Assembly: GCA_965645245.1 (NCBI GenBank)
Contig: OZ287077.1
Coordinates: 1,922,001 to 1,986,000, forward strand
Reading direction: 5' to 3'
From: Massalongia carnosa
Lineage: Eukaryota
DNA length: 64,000 nucleotides
Shown: in pieces, positions 27,101 to 38,188 of the stretch
How positions within the stretch are numbered: position 1 is the stretch's first letter
Layout of the letters: every line of letters begins with the position of its first letter
Program-made: the position numbers and the translations under genes
Notes under the pieces: generated by a model
The model's input: only the letters and a program-made list of their open reading frames with translations
Database searches by the model: none
Told to the model about the DNA's origin: nothing

Positions 27101-27862
27101 AGCGCATATTGAGAACGAAGCAGGATTCGGGAGGATTCAGTAAGTGAAATCCCGAACCTATAAAGGGGGCTTTCATCGCGAGAACGGGGAGACGGTGTCG
27201 AGGATCTACTTCAGGACCATGACGGCGCTTAATGAAAAAAGATATTAGCCCAAGAGATGAAAAGCGCCTTCTGTTAGTAAAACCTTGTGGTCGAAGAAAG
27301 GACTCTCAAATAGATGTGAAATACAAATGCGAATTTCGGAGGAAACCCATATAAGGGGGGGGGTTGACCGATTCAGGCTTGATATGAAAACAGCACAAAA
27401 CACAAAATCTTGTGTCAAACATCTCGGATATCATGGGCGAAGAATACTCTAGCTAATGGATATCAATCAGCATGGAAGCGGGAAAACGAAACAGCGTTGG
27501 GGTCCCAGTCCTGAGTTTAGGGAGCTTAGGTATGTAAAGCGGTAGTTACATAGAGCCTAACGTTGCCACACCCAGCCCCTGACAATTTATGTGTATAGTT
27601 ATGGTCACAAGAAACCCTCGGGGTCATAACCGGAGTACTAGCTGAGAGATCCCTATACGTACCACAGCTCCGACAAAACATCGTCCCGTTTTTAGGCCTC
27701 TGGAATCCTGACTTGCTGTTGGTGTTTATTGTAGTATGCTTTCCAAAGCACTCATCCATGGGGCGCTAGCTAAGAAATCTAGAGCAACACGAAAAGGCAG
27801 AAAGACGGATATGTACAAGACAGAGCAGCGAGAGAAATGGGTGGAGTGATGAGATGGGACAA

Positions 27863-27955
27863 GGGGGAAAGGATGTGATATGAAGACGATTTAGATGGGG
27901 GGGTGAAATAGGGGGAAAGGATGTGATATGAAGACGATTTAGATGGGGGTGAAAT
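27863..27955. repeat. Tandem duplication of a ~46-bp unit
   Basis: GGGGGAAAGGATGTGATATGAAGACGATTTAGATGGGGG..TGAAAT occurs twice. Confidence 0.85.
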
Positions 27956-28829
27956 GGGAGAAAAGATTGCAAGATTCGGAACGAAGCGGAGTGTACGGGA
28001 CGGAATGAAGGGGGCTGGGCGTGGGAATTGGAGTTTAAGGAGTATGGAAGTATATCAATAAAGATGACCGCATCGTCCTACTTTGAAGCTCCTACAAACC
28101 TTTATAAGATATCTCTCTCTTAATATCCAGTGCCTCCGCATACGTAACCCTGGCTTTATTCCGATTTCTCCCCTAACTAATCGCCATGAGCTCTGGCTAC
28201 CTTAAGTAAGCGGTAAAAACATGTCAGCACGGAATAAAATGCTAATGTCCCTCTTTCATAGATGGGGAAAGTAGTGAAATAATGGAGTTGATAGTATATA
28301 GGAATCTTCTGTAATTTTGGATAAAGAATTCTTTCTTTAGGGTAATCACGTAGGCTGTCAACTAGGGAGGAACCAAAAACTCAGGAGATGTAAATCGATA
28401 CGATTACAATGTTGTTGTACAAGCAAGATTTATTGCTTCGTCATACCAATATAGCAACACACTTGATCAATTGCGCACGCCCGCAAGACATGTGATGAGG
28501 AGGGAAAGGATCAACATAATGAGAAAGGGTTTAGCCCAAGTTTGTCCATGAGTTGTGAGTCCTATAATAATGTCACACTCATGTTAGTGTTAGGTAGACA
28601 ATTCCATCACAGAAAAGGACTGATAGGATACAACCACTGTTTCTAGCGCGGCACTCGGAATCGGAGTATTCTTTCTCCTGTACCAGACCGAGCATCTAGG
28701 AAGATGACCACAAGATTTTCCTCAGCAGTTGCTGAAGTTTTAAAGTGAAGATTGTTCAAAATATCATTGAGATTAAACACCATTCCAACTAAATGTCCCT
28801 TGGAAAACCTAAAGATGACATCTCGATGG

Positions 28830-30299
28830 ATGAAATGGCTAGTAAGTGCCTCGCTATGAACCAAGTCAGAGAGAAACTGATCTCGGGTTCATAGAAGCTG
28901 ATGTGCAACATGTGTAAAGGGATCCCACAGACAGATTCTGGCCCTTGGCAATAACCACAGCCGTTTTATCCAATGACCCTTTATTTCACGTCTGAAAAGA
29001 TAACATAAGGGAGGAGACGATTAAACATCTGGACAAGTATGCCATCCATTGGTCCTCGGTAAATTTTCTTCGAAAGGGTTATGGTGCCGAATGGCATCAA
29101 AATCCGCTTTATATCTTCATCACCACTTTTGACTCCGTTGTAAATCCTGCTCTAGAGAAGAATCTTTCCGGTATCTGTGCGAATTTGTTAGGGCCTAAAT
29201 GGGGAAACTCACTCGCAACGTCCACATCCTCTAGTCCGAGTGAGTGGGGACTCTACAGAGTCAAGGTCGAATTAAAGCAGGCAAAAGTGTTCCTAATCCG
29301 TGACCTAGAAGAAGAGCCTTGAACACCAAGGTCCCGGAGAACAGTTACCTGTGGTGCGTCTAGTGGCGGAGTACTAGGTGGGTTTGTTCAAGTCACGACG
29401 GAGGGCGATAAAACGACGTACGGATTGACGTGTCATCATGTTGTCTCCGATAGTAAAAACCCTGTCGGAGTCGTAGAAGGTACGTCAATAGAACCGGGCA
29501 ATCGATTGCTCTGATCGTCTAATATATGATAGATGTCAAGGCTGATCTACCGAGTGTTACGGCGAAGAATTGGGAGATTATGATATTAGAAGACGCAATT
29601 TGTCACCTCAACACCAACCCTAACGCTTCCAGAAAGAAGTTAAAAAAGGTCAAGAAGCAATTACTATGCTTAAGATCTTTGGATCGAGCATTTGGTGTAG
29701 TTTTTGCATCTTCGGGCCATGCGCGTAGAACTAGCATCGGCGGAATCATGCATTGGGCATTGATTGAGGTCAGGGAAGATGTCAAATCTCCTAATCAGGT
29801 ATGATTTTCTCCTCGTCACTCCATTCATTTTCAACTTTCTGGGACTGATCATGGCTTTCAGTTCGATGATCGTAATCTCGGGAAATTTCACCTGGGCGAA
29901 ACAACGGCGATCCAAACGCTCACGCACACCTCTACCAATGTGGTTCGTGACGACATGAGCTTCGTCCAGAGGTCAAGAGTTATTACACTCAACAGACTGA
30001 ATGATGCGAGTACTTCTGCCGTTCTCAGTGGCATCAAGTCAAGCGTTAGAATTGAGGATGACCGAGGCAATTTTGAGGTGTCAAATGAATGGCTTGTCCT
30101 AGGGGAGAATGAGTCCGATCATTTTGCGAAGCAAGGCGATTCCGGTTCTTTGGTATTTCTAGAGAGCAGTCGCACAGTGGTGGGAATGCTTCTTGCCGGA
30201 ACGAGGGAACTGCCTTGGATGGCCTTTGTTACCTCCATTGAAGATATTGTCGAGGATATTAAGACAACGTTGCACGCAACGACGTGTCGATTGGCTTAG
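28830..30299 (+). pseudogene. Degraded trypsin-fold serine protease (fungal S64/Nal1-like accessory family)
   Basis: Fragments WSSVNFLRKGYG, GGVLGGFV...YGLTCHHVV (His region), HWALI where DWALI is typical, FAKQGDSGSLVF (Ser motif) and VVGMLLAG. In-frame stops are present. The start is approximate. Confidence 0.65.
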
Positions 30300-30739
30300 C
30301 AATAGAAAAATAGAGAAAGCAACCAATGAACTCATCAGATCTTTTGAAAGAGAGATCTCGGATAAGAAATTTGTTTTCAAGCGTATTTGTTCTCAGTGTT
30401 TCGTCGAGGAGTGAGTAAGAATAAAACATGATCTCAAAGCTGTTCATCAGTCACCTTGCGCCTGATGGCCAAGGATAATCTATGACTGAAAGATGGAAGT
30501 TGATATTGGGTAGATACTAACCAGAGAGGTGAAGATACGAGGACAGTAATCTGCAAGCCAGTGACAGTTTCCAACCAACTTTTCAATCACGTGCAAGTTG
30601 ATTTAGATTAACAGCGCAGCAGATGAACGTTTGTGCAATAACACACGCGCGACAGGAAAGCTGCATAATCAGTTTGTTAATCCCAACGAGTTTGAGCTCG
30701 CCGTTCAATCCCAAACTTCAAAACCACCTTGATGAAGCC

Positions 30740-30868
30740 TAGCTTATGGAAATACTCGGGTATTACTCGGATACTCGAAAATTGATACCTGTCCCCGGGT
30801 ATAAAAACTCGTACCATACCCAGATGGTATTACCCGGGTAATACCTGAGTACGGGTACAAAGTTGGTT
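30740..30868. repeat. Cluster of TACYCG/CGRGTA motifs with a 20-bp perfect palindrome, possible DNA-transposon subterminal remnant
   Basis: GGTATTACCCGGGTAATACC at 30826-30845, with repeated TACTCG, CGGGTA and TACC motifs in both orientations. Confidence 0.4.
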
Positions 30869-31699
30869 ACAGTGGAGACGGGGCGCGAGGGCTGGCTTGG
30901 AAAGGTATTGAAGTGGGGGGATGCAACGGGATGAGTGGAGGAGGGGTGGTTTCAAGATGATTCCGTGGTCGAATTCACCGGCAACGGTGTTTGGTTAACT
31001 ATCCTCTCTTGTTTGCATACTTACGTTCGTCTTCTAGCTTTGCTGAAAATCGCAATTTTCGGTCGAAGAGTGTTTTTCGCTTTTAGGCCCTTGGCTATAG
31101 AATGGTAAAAGCAAGTGTGATAAACAAGAAAAGACCCAAGGAATACGAATACCTTCCTAAGAGCTAACTATATGGCAGTCTACCCAACCAAAGGTATGTT
31201 GTTGAATTTCCCATAACGCGGCTTTGGCACTCTGATTTGTCTGCCTTTCCCAAGCTCATCTCTCGGATCCTGGATGGCATGTTTTAGGTGGATTGCGGGA
31301 GGGCAAGAGGTATTCCCCAAGTCAACGAAAGTCATTTTGATTAAAGACCCTGCTCCAATTACTTTAAATATCCTTCAGCATTGGAGATGGAAAACACATG
31401 GGAAGATTTGATCATATTGATTCTGGCATTAGCAATCGAATCTACATTTCAAAGGATCTTTCGGGCGTTGTGAGGAGGATTGGCAGCTTATTTGGTGAAA
31501 TACAAAAATAAGAAAAGGTGGCATTGGGGATGATATTTTAGACTGGAAATTTGTAGAAAAGCTTCCAACGGGAATGATTCGCATGGACCAAAGCAAAGAC
31601 GAAGTAAGAGCATTAAAAAAACCATGAAAGGAAAACTTCTGGAGGTATCAAGTCCAAAGAAAATAAATTCCAAATCCGATTCTCGCGAACCAACAATAT

Positions 31700-32465
31700 C
31701 AATGCATCCCTAGCGTCACCTATATGTTCAAGTCTTGCTCTTCTGGAAAATCGCAGTCGCTGTAGCAATGCAGTCCCTTTTTAGTTGTCTGAAGCTTTAA
31801 GTTAGCGATCAAATATCAAATGAGATAAAAATGCCAAGGTGCTCGTACTTGAACTTTCAGACCCTTGATCGAGTCGCACGTATTAAAATAACGTGCACCC
31901 GGGCACCCTTGTGAGCTGGAAGGTTCTATAGATGAAAGTCAGTCAACTCAAAAAACACACTGATAGAAAGAGGCAAAATCTTACTGTGGTCGCATCTATC
32001 TCTGAATATACTACCCAAGGGCTGGGCTGTTTCTTCCTTTACACAACAAACACTTTGGGTACTGCCGCATTTCCAAGCTGTATATTGCTTCTGTTCGTCT
32101 GTCAACGTTGCAGCCCATATGTAGCTGACAGCCGTGGTGTCGTCGAAACCTCCTATATCTGTGAGGGAGTCGAGCGGAATCTCAGGGTTGCCTGGTTGAT
32201 CTCCAGACATAATACCGTTATCAATAGGACTGGAGGCATCGGGAACGTTCAGGGCAGTAATAAGATTTCCAGGTTTGGCTAACGGATACGGAGAGGTTAC
32301 ACCGTTTGGAATCTGGAAATCATTGGAAAAGGTATTTGATGGGAGGTACGAATTAGATGTGGGGTCAGCGCTGAAGTCAATATGGCTATCCGTGTAATCA
32401 TCAACAGCGGTAGGAAGAGCGTTCACGACTGATCCAGCCACAACGAGAAGCGATATAAGATACAT
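31700..32465 (-). CDS. Putative secreted protein with low-complexity N-terminal half and Cys-rich C-terminus; 3' end uncertain
   Basis: Signal-peptide-like MYLISLLVVAGSVVNALP from ATG 32465. WKCGSTQSVCC...RC is followed by a GTAAG donor near 31984. Confidence 0.55.
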
Positions 32466-33008
32466 GACGATAGTGTTGATAGGGTTAATGATGATGATAT
32501 CACAGGATGTGATAAATTCTGTGTACTGCAGCGGGACTTGACCGTATGTATATACATTTAAGGCTATCTTTCTTTCTAAACCATCCCAACGGGAACTCAT
32601 ACGGGACAGACCATTCAAGGCGTATTCAGAGTTCCTGACGGGCCAAAGTTGAAGACGGGCTGGATTTTGACTTCCCGAGAGTTTCGTTGTTTCAAGTTCC
32701 AATCTGCCTAAGGCGAACCCCTTAGGTCTATCGGGCCAAGGGTCGGAGCTTTGAACGATCGTTTGAGCTGGCTGTCTGGAACGGTGTTGGGGAATAGGGG
32801 ACGCAAAGAAAATAAATCGGACATAGCGAGACGGTGCACGAAAAGAGGCTAACTCGGATGAAGAGTCATTAGAACGTATCTTGTCAGGGCTTTCCGCTTC
32901 ACTTGCCGCTCATGGATAGAATGTATAAGCGTTGTAAAAGAATTCTATAAATCTTTTTTCAAAAAGGGTTACTTTCCTCATCGAATTTTGTGAAAATGGT
33001 CATATTTC

Positions 33009-33265
33009 TTGCCTCAGTACCTCAGACGTGCTGTGGCTCAGCCTTCGCCTTTATTAACCTTTTCAGGTTAACTCGGCGCTAACTTATTTAGCCTACAAGT
33101 CTAACTTTTTATAGTTAGACTTTGCTTACTAAGTTCGCTGTGCAGAGTCTTAACCCAAAATAATTAAACTATTCACTAAACTAGCTTAGCTTTAGACTAA
33201 TAATATACTAATCTGAATAGGTTTAGCTGTGGCGAGGGCAAGGCAGGTCTGAGGTACTGAGGCAA
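33009..33265. mobile_element. Non-autonomous TIR element (MITE), short copy
   Basis: TIR TTGCCTCAGTACCTCAGAC ... GTCTGAGGTACTGAGGCAA. Flanks CATATTTC / GATATTTC match at 7 of 8 bp. The interior is TpA-rich. Confidence 0.88.
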
Positions 33266-33616
33266 GATATTTCCTGAATCGAATATTTTTTGATATATCG
33301 GTCTAGCTAGGTTTTAATACTACTCTACAATCCGTCTTCCTTTTTAACTATAAAATCAAGTCAAATACCCCCTTAGTGAACCATGATTCGAAGCATGCAT
33401 CCAGTCATATGCTTTCATTTTCTGATATTGGCCTTGTGAGCCAAAATTCATCGTTACTTAAGGAGACTAGCTCCAAGCGACAAAGATACCACAACACCAC
33501 ATGCTCGTTGATGGAAGTGCTAGTTGAATTTTTCTCTGGGCTAGAAGGTTATTGCGGATCATTATGTATCGAAGCAATGAAGCAAATTTTCTTATTCCGG
33601 CATACCGTAAAACAAT

Positions 33617-34760
33617 TCATCTCCAGCACCTGTTGAATGGATACGACTCCAGCTCTTCAAAAGTTTCTCCCATTTTCGCAGCTTTGACGCGGCGGACTGC
33701 AATCGAAGTTAGAATATCATTGTCGATTTCCTTCTCGTCCGCCTTCTTCAACAGCATATTTGCCCACTCTCTCGCCTTACGCTTTTTTTCCAAATTGGCT
33801 CTGGACTGCGGAAACGTCGCACCTTCCCTTTGCTGCAAATCGGCTACAAAATTGATGGCATTCGCAAGAGACACTCTGACCACATCAGCTGGGACAACAG
33901 TCCTGGCTAGATGTAGGCAGAAGCCGTTCGCTCTTAGCGCCTCAAAGTTGATTGGAGCACTAAGATGAGAATCGTCTCCGGTCCGGACGAGCAAGACGGT
34001 TTGGTTCTTGGAATTTTCATCAAGATTTATGACTCTGGCGAAGTCTCTTTCTGAGCTAAGGTCAACATATCGATCCATCATGATAATGATCGCACGATAG
34101 GTCGGTTTCAAGTTATAATTTTGAGGCTAGCGCCAAAGATCTCCATAGCTTGGAAGAAACCCCGCGGCTTCACCGCGACCGATACACTCAAGGAGCGAGG
34201 CCGCCTCATTTTAAATGGCTTTGTGAGCTTCGACAAATCCCTGAATTGTGGTAGGATTAGCAGGGTAGACGCGCACCATATGGGTGAAGAAATTCTCGAA
34301 TTCGATATTTGGCTTATCATCATGATATCTAAACCATTCTTTGAAGATACAGCCGAGTGGTAGCAGAGGTAAAGGAAATTTATTAGACTGAGCTGAAGGC
34401 ATCCAGTAAAACGATGTAAGCTTATTGCAGAGCTCATCAAGCAGCCAAGGTTCAAACTTGGAAATTGGACTTTTGGTTGGCTGAAATAAGCTCCCCTTTT
34501 GCCAAGAAGCTTTGAGTGTTCTACGATACTCCTCCATTGTTTCAAAGTACCATGATTCAATGAGACCCTCTTCAACTTCAGCCCTCAACTCAGGCGACAG
34601 CGGCTCTTCGGTAGGGATGTGGGTTCATGCAGGTTCCGATTGGAGACGCCATTCACTTTCTGACGATGAAGGGGTCAAAGGGGCGTGGGCGTTTGAAGCT
34701 CGAGCAGGACGCTTGTTGATTTTCCATATTGTGTTAACAGAAAAGCTCGCGGATGGTCTG
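33617..34760 (-). pseudogene. Uncharacterised fungal protein gene interrupted by three in-frame stops
   Basis: ORFs 34625-34864, 34211-34588 and 33617-34111 share one frame, separated by TGA, TAA and TAG. The motif VLLVRTG...LSAPINF is present. Confidence 0.65.
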
Positions 34761-35365
34761 TTGGTAGTAATTGAAGCATCCAACAACTTAGATAATTGGA
34801 GATAAATGCTTTTGATCGGGATTGAACTCTTGCAACTAGGGCTTGAGTGGTGTCCCCTCAACACTAGAGTCTGAAGAATCTGTCATGATGGACAATGATA
34901 GTGGACGACAGAAGCCGAGCAGCTTATGAATGTATCTCTGCGTCGTGCAGATGGGATAACTGTTCCGAAAAAAAGTGAGGTCTAGCAACAAGTTCCAGCC
35001 AGATTATGAGTCACTAGTGACAGTTCGGACATGAGGGCTGAGAAGAGCTACCTCAGGCAGACAAGTAGAGATGGACGAGGAGGCGAGGAGAAGGAGAAAT
35101 CGGGTTGACGGACTAGGTTACCATCGCTGGGTAGAGGTGTGAATCGCTTTCAAAAGATGAATGATGGATTTAAATATGATAGTACTTGATATGGGCTTGA
35201 GATGGAGAGATTAATCACGATTAGGCGGAGAGTGAATGAGGAGGATAGACTTGGTGTAATTTGAGTGATGGCTCTTGTGTTGTGGACGAGTGGTTTGGAG
35301 GTATGTAGTTTGGGTAGGACCTGTGAGAGCCGGTTCGCTAATGGAAACTGAGCGAGTTTCCTTTA

Positions 35366-37165
35366 ACGTAATTCACCACTATTCGGAACACCCGCTTATT
35401 CGGAACTAACAAATTTGATACCAACCTTCGTAATTTATTATCACCGCCGCATCCACAAAACTTCCAGCACATGTACTCGGGAATTGAACAGGTTCTAGAG
35501 AATATATGTAGCTAGCATAAGCTTGTAGAGCTACAATTTACGAGTGTTACGAATGACTCGACGGCGCGAGCTAACCCGAACCTCTAAAACTTTCTCCTTC
35601 TCCCCCTTTCCTACTATTTCCACATCACCCTTTACCAACTCAGTGGTATTTTTCTTTCTTGATATACATTTTCCTTTATTCAGAGCAGTTTTTAAAACCC
35701 TAGGTCACCTTCAACTGTCTCCTCAAAAATATGAGTTGTAATCTGAAGAAGGTCGTGAAAAGCGGTTTGAAAGATAGAATCGTCTCGTTTCTTATTTTTA
35801 GGTAAAGATCGAGATGTTACGGGATCAGGCCCGTATATCAGGTCGGGTCCAAGTCGCATTCGGTCTTTAGATACCTGAGAAAATAGTCGATCGTTCTGTT
35901 TTTCTTTCCTTACCTGTGATCTAGCCTCTTTCTCCTTTTTCTTATTTTCAGCTAGTTGTCTTCTTTTCCCTACATCTTCTAAACTCAATAAGCGAGCCCC
36001 TTGACCGTCGTATTGAGTGCCCGTACGTTGAGCTCGTTGTTTTTTTCGTGTATTGGCTGCTAAAAGCTCCGTATTAGTACAATTCAAGACAATACGATCA
36101 GCCATAGCAAGTCTAGCTGCTTTAAGGGTTTTTTGTAGAAGAGTAAGCTTAGGGGAATCGAGAGTCTGATGGCGAAATAGTAATATAAGCTCCTCAACCT
36201 CTGAGACTTGTTCTATGTTTCCTGGTGTTGGTGGTATTTGGCCTGAAAGATAACGCATTTGAATAGGAGTACTAGCGTCAGGTAGAGTATCGTCGTTCGT
36301 ATGAGGCTTAGCTGATATTTTGTCAACGACAGCGGAAGAATTGTATGGAATAAGTCCAGTAGCTCGCCATGCTGATTGTATATTTCGAGCAGTAATACTC
36401 TGTTGCCTAGCTTTTTGTATTAAAGAAATGAAATCAGCCTTCTCGATATTGTAGGTTATAAACTCAGCTAGCAACGTTTTATAGTTTTGTTTTAAAGGGC
36501 CAAATACCCCAACATCAAGAGGCTGTAATAAGTGTGTTGAGTGTGCTGGTAGACATAGACAAACTATTTTATGTTCCCGGGTAAATCGGATAAATTCAGT
36601 CGACACATGAGATACATGCCCGTCAACAATTAACATTCGATATTCACCACGGAGGTAAGCTCTTGTTGTTGGCTCAAAACAGTCACGCATCCACTCCATA
36701 CAGAGCTTGTTATCAGTCCAGCCGTTTTCACTTAGTGAAATACGAGCACCCGGTTCCATATTACTAGGATACCAATCATCTTTCCATCTCTTACTCTTTA
36801 AAATAACAAATAACGGTGATCGATGACCAGTGGTACCAATAGCTCCAATGAGGGACGCCCATTCCCGATTAGCAGCTTGATTTATAAATGCCTGTTTCCG
36901 GTATTTTGAAAATACCACCTTTGAACTCCCCGCAATACCCATCATATTTCTAACCGTTTTCATCCATGTTGTATGTATCCTCGTCCAATATACCATGTTG
37001 GGCCTTAATAGACAGATACAGATCGAACCACTGCTGTATTGAATTCCGATTTTGAGCTAAAGACCGTTCTTGATCAAGCGTACGGCTATATTTCGACTGT
37101 AGTATAGGATGACGGTTGAGGAATTTTTCTAACCAGTTTTTGCCCAGTTCTTTAAAATCCTGTTT
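35366..37165 (-). mobile_element. pogo/Fot1 (Tc1/mariner superfamily) DDE transposon, 5'-truncated and frameshifted
   Basis: YNMDENG (out of frame), NGWTDN, LIVDGHVSH and STHLLQPLDVGVFGPLK. One TIR, TA|ACGTAATTCACCACTATTCGGAACACCCGCTTATTCGGAAC, starts at 35366. The partner TIR was not found. Confidence 0.9.
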
Positions 37166-37300
37166 GGCTCATAATAATTCTTCTTCTTTGTAGATAGATT
37201 TCTCTTCTTCATGCTTGGTCTCTTAGGTAGCTGACTACTATTCGTCTTCCCTGGATAGTGGTTCTTACAATCAGAAAGACGTCTCTCCCGTCCTCAATTC

Positions 37301-37982
37301 TTGCCTCAGTACCTCAGACGTGCGTGGGCTCTAGGAGCCGTCTAAGCCCCTTCGGGTTAGCTTATTTCGCTAAGCTCCTTCGGATTAGTGTCCCAGCTGA
37401 CTAACGTGGCTGCGATAGCACGTCTGAGCGCAAAACTAAATATTACGGTCAGATATTCGTAATAAATCGTGTATTATTGCAAATTTTCGACATTTTGACG
37501 TCTTGCTTTTTCGTTTGACACGGGCTATTTCTTCGAAAGAATTCAAGTAGAATTTGTATAGAAAGTTTTCTGAAATTCCTGTTCGTTGTAAAGTTCATGT
37601 GGGGCAATCTGATTGCACTTCGCATAGAAATCGAGAATCGACTTAACGAAAATAACAAGATGTATGTAAAATTGCTCTGCACGTTATAAACATAAATAAA
37701 TATTGAAATTTATAACGAAAAATTCAAAAATACATTGATCATGATCATATCAAGCGACGACGACGTTACAAACATGAAAACAATGAAGTTGTGACGTTTT
37801 ACTATAAGGTCGAAATCGTTCTTGTCATGATCGTTAAGCCATATCTGACCGTAATCTTGAGTTTTGGGCTCAGACTTGCTACAGATGTGCTGCGTAGTCA
37901 GCCTGTTAACCCGAAGGGGCTTAACGTTCTGTAAGACTAACCCGAAGGGGCTTAGCCGGGCACGTCTGAGGTACTGAGGCAA
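37301..37982. mobile_element. Non-autonomous TIR element, long copy of the 33009 family, perfect 8-bp TSD
   Basis: CTCAATTC|TTGCCTCAGTACCTCAGACGTGC ... GCACGTCTGAGGTACTGAGGCAA|CTCAATTC. Imperfect inverted similarity extends ~150 bp inward, with TAAGCCCCTTCGGGTTA subrepeats. Confidence 0.93.
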
Positions 37983-38188
37983 CTCAATTCACGTGTTGCA
38001 TGTGATGATTACATAATAGAAATAAATAAATTACGCGGGTCTTGACTGAATGAAAATGGGTGCACTGAATGAAGCACAGGATGAGCACTGGATGGAGCGC
38101 TAGATGAATTAGTACCGTATTTCTATTTCAAGTGGTATCTGAAGCAGTGATTAGCGCTAGCATTTCACGTAGTTAACGTATGGTACTG

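Noticed and set aside
25078..27176. Multiple short ORFs
   Set aside because: Translations of microsatellites; no coherent gene structure.
31130..31680. Possible decayed + strand gene
   Set aside because: Too fragmentary to support a call.
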